Origin: Chrysomallon squamiferum
Lineage: Eukaryota; Animalia; Mollusca
Length of the DNA: 64,000 bases
Direction: 5' to 3'
NCBI GenBank assembly: GCA_012295275.1
Contig: CM022674.1
Coordinates: 7,254,001-7,318,000 of the forward strand
Each line of letters begins with the position of its first letter. The first letter of the stretch is position 1. A model generated the notes under the pieces. That model searched no databases, was not told the origin of the DNA, and saw nothing but the letters and a program-made list of their open reading frames with translations. Shown here piece after piece: positions 41,630-52,399 of this stretch. A program made the position numbers and the translations under genes.

Positions 41630-42545
41630 GAATCTTTTTTCGAAATTTTCCTTTCCGGTAGATACATTTTTATTAAATTTTTCTACTTATTACATTCGGG
41701 TTCTTACTTAAATTTCACTATTTTGGAAAAAAATTAAAGCCTGAGAGAAAAAAAGAGAGAAAAAAAATCATATTTATTTTAATAGAAAAAAATAAATAAA
41801 ACGCAATTATACACACCAATGCGATAAGCTGTTCTTTGACAATCCTCTTTTTTGAAATTTGAAAAGTATTTCAAATTTAAATAAATATGTCTTAAATTAA
41901 TTTAAAACATTTATTTACCATTTAGTTTTACTTAAATCTAAATTTAGATAAACGTGGTTGTTCCCATCGCTTCCCGCCGTTTTTGGCATCACAGGGCTGG
42001 TACTAAACTCTCAAGGATTAATTTCTGTTAATTCAATTATAAGCGTAATACAAACGGTCACCGGTAATTACACGGTAAAATGGGGAGGGGGGCAAATCAA
42101 AAGAAAAAAATCACTAAATCATTTTTGGGGGGGTTTCAAAATCTTTTGTCGAAATTTTCCTTTCCGGTAGATACATTTTATTAATTTTTCTAGTTATTTG
42201 ATTCGCGTTGGTTCTTATTTTTCACTATTATGGAAAACAGCGAAATCTAGAGGGGAAAAAAAAAAGTTTACAGAACTGGAATTATACACACCTATAAGCC
42301 GTTCTCCGACCATCCTGTTTTTGGAAATGCTTTAAATTATTTAAAAACATTTATTTTCCATTTAGTTTTAGATAAATTTAAGTAGTAAGTTCAGTAAAAC
42401 ATGGCTGTGTCCATCAGTTCCTGCCGATTTTGGCATAACAAGCCTGGTACTCAGCTCTCAGGGATTAATTACAGTTAATTCAATTATAAGCGTAATACAA
42501 ACGGTCGCCGGTAATTACATAGCTATTAAAACTGTGGGGCGTGGG
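41630..42545. repeat. Diverged tandem duplication (~450-510 bp x2)
   Basis: cgaaattttcctttccggtagatacatttt occurs at 41641 and 42150; aattcaattataagcgtaatacaaacggtc.ccggtaattaca occurs at ~42030 and ~42477. Confidence 0.85.
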
Positions 42546-43698
42546 GGGGATCACTAAACGTTTCTTTTTTTCTTTTTTTTTTTTTTTTTTTTTATCCCAA
42601 ATTAATAAAATTAATAAAAATAATAATTATATTATAAAAAAAAATAATACAATAGTACTTTTTACTCTCTTCCAGTATTATTTTTATTTTTGTTTTTCGT
42701 TGTTTTCATTCAGTTATTCACATTTTAGTTGTAGGTACTGTAAACAAATATGCCAGACTGTTCCCATTATGTGAACACAAAAACGTTATATAAGTACATA
42801 GTCATAACAGCAAAATGGGTAGATTATTTAAATTTATATAATAGTATAAACTGGTAAACAATATAAAGACAAGTGACAAAATAATTCAAAAGACATTCAA
42901 AAGAATTCCAAAGCAAAACTGTTTATACAAAATTATGCGATATATTCAAGTTTATTTTTATAGTAAGAGTATAAGTAAAGCAATTAACATTTAGTTATTA
43001 AACAGATCCTTTAATATAATGGTTCTTCCCTTTAAACTAATTAATACCGATGTGGTGTATGAATTAAATAAAAAGTGAAATATGCATCATTAAATAAAAC
43101 CTGCATGTTTTATGTCGCATTATCATAGATTGAGATACAAGTGAGAAACATAATGAAAACTAACCACCTGAAAGCTTAAACTTACCTAAGATAAAAAATT
43201 AATCACTAACCAAAACGAGACCAGATTAAAACTTCCCGCTGGTATCACTATAATTTTAATTCTTTTCACAAACAACGAATGGAGTAGTGTATCCAGACTA
43301 AACAGCTTAATGAATTTCGTAAGCTTCAAATTAATGAAACATTTTATAAAATTTCACTACATTTTATTTTTTCTTGAATATGATCCACACTTCATACGCT
43401 AACAGTGACTTTAGAAAGTTTCTCAGATTGTAGCAATTCCTGAAAAACCATTTATTCAAGATGAGAACTTAAAACTTTTGATAAGGCGAAGAAAATTTAT
43501 GAGGAGAGAGACTGAGAAATGTGCTAGCGAATTTGCAAGTACCAGATCATTCAGCCTGGGACGGAAGATGACAAATACAGCTAGTTCTCCCCTAACAGTT
43601 TATGTTTGTACTCAGCGTGTTTACTCCCGTTTGTACGAATCGCTTCTTGGAATGTCATGACAATAAATAACCAATACAGCTATAAATATACATGCATA

Positions 43699-44147
43699 TG
43701 TTACAGGAAATATGTATAATTCCTGAACAACTCAGAAATTAAGTATAATGCCTCATTCACTCAGGAAAATGGCTGCAAGTAGATCATCCTCTGACACCAG
43801 TCGATTGAGAATTTCAGAAAGGAGGCCACGTGATGACAAGGCCAGTGCGAGTACCAGAACCGAATACTGCAGCAAACGGAGAACAATTAATTTGACTGTA
43901 AAGATAGGAGTTCGTCTGAAACTGAACAAATCTGAGTTCAGCAGTCCATTCATTTCTGTTATTATCTTGTAAATAACAAACAAGTATGTCCTCAATGTCA
44001 CAGTTTGCTTTATATATGAACCCTTGTATCTGTGGATATCTTGGTTTCTCATGGATCATCATCAAACTTTGGCCACTTTAATAGTCCAGTGACTACTCAT
44101 AATTATTTTCAGAAATTTCCAGGAATTATACATATTCCCTGATAATA
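43699..44147 (-). mobile_element. Internally deleted Ginger-like (KRBA2/SCAND3-type integrase) DNA transposon
   Basis: ~45-bp terminal inverted repeats start TGT (tgttacaggaaatatgtataattcctg ... caggaattatacatattccctgataata), with near-matching 4-bp flanks cata/tata. The internal minus-strand peptide IHEKPRYPQIQGFIYKANCDIEDILVCYLQDNNRNEWTAELRFVQFQTNSYLYSQINCSPFAAVFG resembles the HGKPRHSQSQGSVERAN...SPYEAMFG integrase-core end of KRBA2/SCAND3-like proteins. Confidence 0.75.
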
Positions 44148-45014
44148 TATATTTCCTGCAAAATGCATCATCTATCTTCATATTAGACCATCACTATCCA
44201 CATAATAGTCTCCTCATTGTTAATATAACGATTCTTTAATCATTGTTTTAGACATTTCATTTGGTAGTTTGTATATAACTTGTGACTGTTGCATGTGTGG
44301 CCAACCTGACATGCTGTTAATGAGAGACTCTGTTTTTGAATCATACCACTGCTTACGACTTTTGTGATTTAAGCCTGTATTTACAGCTGTGACAAAAGTG
44401 CTTGTCAGAGAGACAAAGAGGATTAAAAACTATTAAAAAGAAAACAAGATTTAAAAACAAGAACAAACAACAATCTGAAATCAGAACAACAAAACAAACC
44501 TGAAAAACAATGAAAAGTAAAGAAAGAAAATCTTTTTACAAATACAATTCTAAAGCCGTCTTTATTATTTCTTTCTTTCTTTTATGCAAAATAAATGCAT
44601 GAATGAATGAATAAATAAATAAATAAATTTTAAAAATCCCGAAATAAACCTATCTCTTGCATAGAAGCAGCTATATCGATTCAAATGTCCGCTTGAGCTT
44701 TCCTACGCTGGTGAAACTATTATACATAAAATAAATAAAAATACAATAAAATAAAAAATAAAAATAATATAACATTCGCCCTGAAAACATGTTCAGGGGG
44801 TAATAACAAGAATTCATTATTTAAGCTAGAAAACATGTTCGGACCATGACTATCTCTAAATATATTAACATTAATATCTGATATGGGTTTTTCCAAGATA
44901 AAAATAACTTTCGTCAGAAAGCTATTCGGACATTATTTAAAATGTCTTGCAAAAAAACTGCGTATAGTTATCAATCCGTGAATAAATATCTAACCCAAGG
45001 TTATATAGGCTTTC

Positions 45015-45141
45015 AATTCTCACGCATGCGCTGTTTGAACAGGGGAAATCTGAAATCGGAGACAACAACAAACTTTGACACAGATTACGTCAGTGACGGA
45101 CGGAGTCCTGTTTATTGACTCCTGGGAATACAGATTTTAGC
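45015..45141 (+). promoter_or_regulatory. Putative promoter / non-coding first exon of acyltransferase gene 1
   Basis: NRF1-type CGCATGCGC at 45023-45031 and CRE-like TTACGTCA at 45085-45092 lie in a CpG-richer patch. Donor GTAAGT at 45142 and acceptor tttattAG at 45668 define a 5' UTR intron just before the ATG at 45682. Confidence 0.55.
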
Positions 45142-45488
45142 GTAAGTTGCCGTGTTGTTAGTTTTACATTTTTTTAAACTGTCATTATCCGAACCATGTG
45201 CATATTGATGATGTAAAGCAAATTTTGTTTAATTTCTGAAACTGAACAAATTTTAACAGGTATTTTCCAAGTACCGTAAATACTCTTAATAAACCAAACC
45301 CGAAAAAAAGCATAGTCATTCACGAAAGTGTGTTTTAAAAACATGCTTATTATAAGTCAATTAGTTGTTATGTGTACTGAAGTTTATACATAAGATTAGT
45401 TGAATAATAAATAATAAATATTAATAATTTGAGCTTAGTTTTGAATTAGCGCAAACTTTAATTAATACACTTCAATATTGTAAAAAAC

Positions 45489-45519
<31 letters not shown>

Positions 45520-45681
45520 GGAAATAAATAAATAAATAAATAAATAAGAATAATAATAAGAAAGAAAGCAAGAATGAAAGAAAAAATATATAATTTAAAG
45601 ATAATTATCAGGTTTAAGTATCATTTCAGATTTAAACTTTTTATTATTATTTTTGTTTTATTTATTAGGACAACTTAAAAA

Positions 45682-47180
45682 ATGTTGCTGGAGGCTGGAT
45701 TAGCTGTGGTACTTGTAGCAGTAATAACATACATGTTTACGAAGTCCAAGAAGGAAAATATTGATGACCTTCGAATAACGGACAATCGACGTCCACTTGG
45801 CTTTTTTGAACGACACATGGCCTCCGATGAAACTCCAGGTGCAAGCATAACGCATGCATGCATCATTTCATCAAAACGTCAACTGACCTCTGCTCAGATT
45901 CTCAAAGCAGCGCAAAAAATAACCGATCGTCATCAGTTGTTGCGGTCGAGGGTTGAGAGAACCAGTACAAACAAAGCATTCTTTATTGCTATAAATAACT
46001 TTTCTGTCCCATTTGTTGAAGTGGATTCCAACTCCTGGCAGGACGTCATGGAAGAGAAGCTGTTGACGACATACAATAAGTCCTCCGGTCCTCTCTGGTG
46101 CCTTTCATTTCTTCCTCAAGTTCATTATAAAACAGAATCCAGTTCTGATGTCAAAGATGACGATTATCCGTTTCAGTCTGCTGTCGTTTTGGTTTTGATC
46201 ATGTGATAATTGATGGATGTTCACGCACCCGATTGGCTAATGAGTTTCTGACATTTCTGGATGACGTCATCAAAGGTGTAGATACGACTGTAGCACCAAT
46301 GGAAATGCGGCCTGCTATGGAATACTATATCGCAGATAAAATAAATCCGGATGTTTTTCATAAACTCTTAGGTTTTGTGGTGAAGATACTTATTCACGTT
46401 CCAGGAATGAATAAAATTTTATCAGCACGTTTTATGAAGAAAAATATGTACGCAGAAAAATTTGGTTTGGAAGAGGAAAGAAATCCTGACGTTGCTAAGA
46501 AGACCTGCATAATTCCCACTGAGTTTTCACGAGAAGAAACCAGCAAGCTGTTGTCGAAATGTAAAGAACACGGGTGTACAATGTACGGGGTGATTCAGGC
46601 ATCCGCGTTGGTGGCATTGTCAAAACTGTTTCAAGGAGACCAGATCATTGACGATATGACGTTTGATTTTGCCTGCACTGTAAACGTTCGGCCGTTTATT
46701 GAAGGAAATCCGGTACCGCCGGACTGCCTTGGCACATACTTCTTACCCTTGATGCTGTCACAGACCATATCAGCAACAAACAAGCTGGATCGAGACTTTT
46801 GGAAATTAGCTGCCGAGGCAACAGAACTAATTAAGAAAGCAGTAAATAAAGGAGAATGTTTTCTCTGGATGAAATTCATGGGCATAATGTTTGCCTTGAA
46901 ACTAAAGAGTGGTCACAGATATCCTGTCTTGTCATCAATAACGAATCTCGGGTACTGCAAGTTCCTTGAACGAAGTGACGAAAGCGAGGTGAAATTTCGG
47001 GCGATGCACTCGTGCATGGCGGAGCACCACAACGGACCAATCTTTTCAAACCGAGTAATCACGTTTAACGGTCAGATGTTTTCTACCGTCTGCTACTACA
47101 CAAACGTCACAAGCAGAGAAACAGCCATCGAATTCGCTGACTTAGTAAATAAAACACTGCGAGCTGCAATGAATGAATGA
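45682..47180 (+). CDS. Membrane-anchored HxxxDG CoA-dependent acyltransferase (condensation-domain / alcohol acetyltransferase-like), paralog 1; one frameshift at ~46187-46190
   Basis: ORFs 45682-46206 and 46203-47180 join into ~499 aa if one T is added to the T-run, giving AVVFGFDHVIIDGCSR. It has an N-terminal hydrophobic anchor, an RPLGFFE start motif, TVNVRPF and SSITNLG motifs typical of this fold, and no CDS introns. Confidence 0.85.
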
Positions 47181-47847
47181 ATATATTACAAATTATATAA
47201 CTGTTAATAATAAAAACCGACATTGGTTGTATATTCTTTTATATGCTTTTGTGTATGTATATAATGTATATGTATAAGTATGTATGTATGTGTATATGTA
47301 TGTATGTATGCATGTATGTTTGATATTTGTATATGGATGTGTATTATTATGTATACATACATGTTAGTACATGTATTTGTGTTTGTGTGAGTGTGTTTTT
47401 TTGTCTTGTTTTTTGTTAATGTGACACTAACTTTTTTTCTTTTCTTTAATACCTGTATTTATTGTAGGGTACATAATATACAATATTCATTATTAATATG
47501 AAATGTTTGAACAACGAACAGTATTAATACTCAATGTAACTAATAATCTTTATTTACGCATCAAATTATTTTTGTACTTATTTCCTTTTTATAATAAGAA
47601 TAAACGGTTAAATCCAGATTCGCAGTTTGCATGCTTTCTGTTGTCCACCTTTGAACTATGAACTCTTCTACTTTATAATTAATGATCTTTGTTAAAGTAT
47701 ACCTTTAATAAATCGTATTTTCGTCTTTGCCATACCATCTCAACTGAGACAATGTAATATAATCAGTTAGTACTGTTTAAAAATGTATGGGAGCTGTCAT
47801 TTTTCTCGTATAACATAGTCGTGTACTGAGACAATTTTGCTCTAGAT

Positions 47848-47878
<31 letters not shown>

Positions 47879-48424
47879 TTTATGAAGGATTAAAATGGCC
47901 GCCATTAAATGTTATGTAATAGTGTTCTCTTATTTTAACTCTTTATTCTGAGCGGGGATACTTTTAGAAAACAAATTATGTATCTAAGCTGTGGAGATGT
48001 CAAGGGAATAATAAAAAAACCTCCACTGTTTTGAAATCATTTAAATCGTAAAAATAAGTCTTTAATGGACAGCTCAGTCAATTTCTGTAAAATTCAGGGT
48101 TGTTATTTATTATAAAGTAGAGGTAGGTGTCTAACAATTAACAACTTAATCACTTTAGATCGCCTGTCCCCTTCACCAGATATTACTTAATTTATTTAAC
48201 AGATACATTTGAAATAAATAAATAAATAAATAACAACAAAAAAAATAATAATAAGTCATGATAATGATGATTACTGGTACTTAGCTGTATATGAGAGTTA
48301 CGGTTCTTGTTTTATTCATGTCACGGACGGTTACAATATAGCTGAATAAGCACGTATGTGACACAGAGATCATAGTGTGATGACCTATATTTACACATTC
48401 AAGGTCGCCTCGCACGGACATACA

Positions 48425-48465
<41 letters not shown>

Positions 48466-48771
48466 AAAAAAAGACTGAAAGTCGATCTTATTCATTATAT
48501 TGGTACGTATTTAAGCATCTGTTACAATATTTTTACAAACGTAAATAAAACCTTTCTGAAAGAAATATATAAATTATCCACCCATTTACTAAGAAGAAGA
48601 AGTAATAGTAGTAGTAGTAGAACAGGAAGAAGAAGAAAAACTAGTAGCAGTAGTAGGAATACTATTGCAAATAGTAATAGTAATACATAAATAAATAAAA
48701 ACAATAAACATTATTTATTAAGGATCAAATCAAACTAGTAATATGAATAATTTCTGAAGTGCAGGGGGAAA

Positions 48772-48823
<52 letters not shown>

Positions 48824-48824
48824 G

Positions 48825-48865
<41 letters not shown>

Positions 48866-49017
48866 GTAATAACACACCTAAAACACAGTATCTTTTGATT
48901 TGTACATCAACATTTAGCCAGTATGACTAATACCCAATTTGTTGGAATAGAAGCGAACCCTGTAGTTTGGTTACATTTAATAAAGAATAAAATACGTAGA
49001 TCCGTTTAAGAAATCGA

Positions 49018-49020
<3 letters not shown>

Positions 49021-49103
<83 letters not shown>
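49021..49103. repeat. (CT)n microsatellite
   Basis: Visible directly. Confidence 0.9.
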
Positions 49104-49108
<5 letters not shown>

Positions 49109-49236
49109 CACACACACATACACACACAGACTCACATACACATACCTTCACAATTAAGAATGTAATGATAACTAAATCATGCATGTCATGATTTAAGGAA
49201 TTAATATTTTATATTTTAAACTTGTGCTATTCAGAT

Positions 49237-50735
49237 ATGATGCTGGAAGTGGTTCTGGTTTTGGGAATTTTAGCAGTGACATTATGGTGTTTCACGAAGC
49301 CCAGAAAAGAAAATATCAAGAACCTGGAAATCAAAGGCAACAGACGACCGCTTGGCTTCTTCGAAAAGTTTTTAGTTACCGACTATTCGCCCAACACAAC
49401 TATAGCGCATTCGTGCCTCGTTTCATCTAAACATCAGCTGACGTCTTCCCAAATTCTGAAGGCTTTGGAAAAATTGACTGAGCGTTACAAGATGTTACGT
49501 TTACGTATTGACCAGTCAGATCCTCACAAACCGTGTCTTGTCCCTCTGTCGATAAATTTACTGTACCCATGAAAACGGTGTACTCTTCTTCATGGCAGGA
49601 TTGTCTAGAGGGACAGGTGATGGCGACTTACAATACATACACAGGCCCTTTGTGGTCAGTCACTTTTCTTCCTGAAGTGCAATATAAAGTTAACCCAGAA
49701 ATTGACGTTGGAGAAGAAAAACTTCCATTTCAGTCTGCAGTTGTGTTTGGTTTCCATCACGTCATAATTGATGGCTGTTCACGTATCCACTTAGCTAATC
49801 GATTTCTGACGTATTTAGATGATGTTGTCAAAGGAAAGGATACCTCAGTGGAACCAACAGAAATTCAGCCTGCTATGGAATATTACATTGCAGATAAAAT
49901 TACAACGAACGTTTTCATTCAGCTTTTTGGATACAGCCTCAGATTACTTAAATGTATTTCTGGTGTTCGTACTATTTTGTCAGTCCTTTTTAGCAAGAGA
50001 AACATGTACACAGAAAAATTCGGTTTAGAAGAAGAAAGAAACCCGTATGTTGCTAAGAAGATCTGCATAATTCCTATGGAATTTTCACAAACCGAAACCA
50101 GCAGACTGCTGACAAAATGTAAAGAAAATGGCTCTACTATATATGGAGTTATTCAAGCATCAGTACTGGTGGCTTTTGCAAAGCTTTTACAAGGAGGGGA
50201 GATAACTCAAAATATAACGCTAGAGGTTGATAGCACGATTAACATTCGTCAATTCATGGACGATAACCCTGTATCACCAAACTGTCTTGGGAGTTACTTC
50301 CTTCCCATGATTCTTTCACAGAAAATCACGCCAGTAAATAAAATGAAAGAAGACTTTTGGAAATTTGCTTCCGAAGCGACCGAATTAATGAAAAATGGTC
50401 TGAAAGCCGGATACTTTTTAAATTTCATAAGGTTTTATGACTTTCTCTGTGCTACAAATTTCACTAAAGATCACAGATGCTTGGCTCTCTCATCAATAAC
50501 GAATCTTGGGTACTGCAAGTTCCTTGAACGAAGTGACAAAAGCGAGGTGAGGTTTCGCGCTATGCATTCGTGTACTGCCGAGCACCACTCAGGTCCAGTC
50601 TTTGCCACGCGTGTTATTACGTTCAACGGTAGAATGTTCTGGACCATCTGCTTCTACACGAATGTCACAAGCAAACATCAAGCTACCCAGTTCTCGGATC
50701 TCATCAAACAAACTTTAAGAACTGCATTACAGTAA
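49237..50735 (+). CDS. Membrane-anchored HxxxDG CoA-dependent acyltransferase (condensation-domain / alcohol acetyltransferase-like), paralog 2; one frameshift at ~49543-49547
   Basis: Acceptor ttcAG at 49234 is followed by the ATG at 49237. ORFs 49222-49572 and 49533-50735 join into ~498 aa colinear with paralog 1, with the canonical FGFHHVIIDG motif at ~49746-49775 and no CDS introns. Confidence 0.85.
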
Positions 50736-50782
50736 CGCTTAATGACATAACAAAAGATCTTGTTAATGTGAATCTGTAATTA

Positions 50783-50870
<88 letters not shown>

Positions 50871-51244
50871 AAAAACTTCTAATCGATATTTTTCTTCACT
50901 GTTTTAAAATATATTTATGTGTTGTGAGCATTTTGTAGTCGAACTATATTATGTAAATTTTTATATTACATATTTTGTTCTTGTTAAAATATTTAAACAA
51001 AGAGCCTACGTATATTGTGTGTTTGTGTATGTACTTTGACATCGTTTTATTTACTCATTTTTTTCCATTGTATTAACATAGAATTTTATAACTAATCTGT
51101 TGTGAAATAAATCATATTCTCTTCTTTTTGTAATTATTATTTCATTATGCAGGTGCATATTTATTTATTTATTTATTATGCACACTTTAAAAGAATTAAA
51201 AGTTAGATTCATTTAACTGATTGCATATTTAATTTTTATAAAAT

Positions 51245-51300
51245 TACCCTCTGACGTCATGAAAACATGTGGTTGTCCTGTGCACACAGGAAATGGCTCG
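51245..51300 (+). promoter_or_regulatory. Putative UBIAD1 promoter with perfect CRE palindrome
   Basis: TGACGTCA at 51252-51259 marks the transition from AT-rich DNA to the CpG-richer leader ~210 bp upstream of the ATG. Confidence 0.45.
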
Positions 51301-51463
51301 GACTAACGACCTGTAAATATTAACCGGGGAATCACGTTTACTGAAAAGATGACTATCGCAAGCTGTTTACATGTATTTAAATGACTGAAACGGCACATCC
51401 GCATTAATTGTGGATCGGTCTTCAACGGGCGTTGTTTTTAAGATTTAAGTTAAGCCAGTCCAA

Positions 51464-52399
51464 ATGGTTCTTCAAAGTAATGGAATCGTGGTTAAGCCAG
51501 ATCCACCGAATACGTTAAGTAAATACTTCGCTGCCTTGAGACCTTGGTCGTTTACCATTTCCTTCACACCAGTGGCTTTGGGATGCACTTTAGCGTACAA
51601 GACAGTAGGAACATTCAGTATACCTGTCTTTTTAACAACCTGCTTAACGTCTCTGTCAGTACATGCTGCTGGGAATTTGGTGAACACGTATTTCGACTTT
51701 ACTAGAGGAATTGACAGCAAGAAGAGTGATGACAGAACGCTGGTTGACAAAATTCTCCAGCCTTCTGATGTAGCTTTTCTCGGTGGTCTGTTCTATGTAC
51801 TAGGATGTATTGGATTTCTTATTTTAGCTTTAATGTCGCCAGCCAAGATGGAACATTTAGCTTTAATTTATTTTGGAGGGCTTTCTAGCAGTTTTTTGTA
51901 TACTGGCGGTTTAGGATTGAAATATATTGCTATGGGTGATCTTTTGATATTTTTGACGTTTGGACCGCTGACTGTGATGTTTGCTTTTTTAGCGCAAGGT
52001 GGCCAGCTGTCGTTGATTCCATTTCTTTATGCACTGCCAGTTGCTCTGAACACAGAAGCAATACTGCACAGTAACAACGCGAGAGATGCATCAAATGATT
52101 CAAAAGTTGGAGTTATAACACTAGCTATTTTACTTGGACAGACTGGATCTTATATCCTTTTCTCAGCTTTGCTCTTTCTGCCATTCATAATGTTCATCTT
52201 GATGGGAATTCATTGTACAAAATGGATGTTTCTTCCAGCATTGTCTGTCTTTGGAGCTTTTGACTTGGAGAAGGATTTTAGAATTCACCATTTAACAAAC
52301 ATGCCTCACAGAGTTGCAACTCTTAATCTTATAATGGGAGTACTTTATGTATTGGCCTGTTTACTTGCTGACAGAACGAACTTGCCTGCTTTGGTTTAA
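51464..52399 (+). CDS. UBIAD1: UbiA prenyltransferase domain-containing protein 1 (menaquinone-4 synthase, heixuedian homolog)
   Basis: 311-aa multi-pass ORF with ALRPWSF, HAAGNLVNTYFDFTRGIDSKKSDDRTLVD, SFLYTGGLGLKYIAMGD and LNTEAILHSNNARD motifs; single coding exon. Confidence 0.97.
   Translation: MVLQSNGIVVKPDPPNTLSKYFAALRPWSFTISFTPVALGCTLAYKTVGTFSIPVFLTTCLTSLSVHAAGNLVNTYFDFTRGIDSKKSDDRTLVDKILQPSDVAFLGGLFYVLGCIGFLILALMSPAKMEHLALIYFGGLSSSFLYTGGLGLKYIAMGDLLIFLTFGPLTVMFAFLAQGGQLSLIPFLYALPVALNTEAILHSNNARDASNDSKVGVITLAILLGQTGSYILFSALLFLPFIMFILMGIHCTKWMFLPALSVFGAFDLEKDFRIHHLTNMPHRVATLNLIMGVLYVLACLLADRTNLPALV

Noticed and set aside
46180-49560. Conserved programmed -1 ribosomal frameshift in the acyltransferase pair
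   Set aside because: The shifts are at non-homologous positions, no X XXY YYZ slippery heptamer is evident, and mTOR shows a similar indel.
45675-51750. Antisense and alternate-frame ORFs overlapping the acyltransferases and UBIAD1
   Set aside because: These are shadow ORFs of real coding sequence with no independent evidence.
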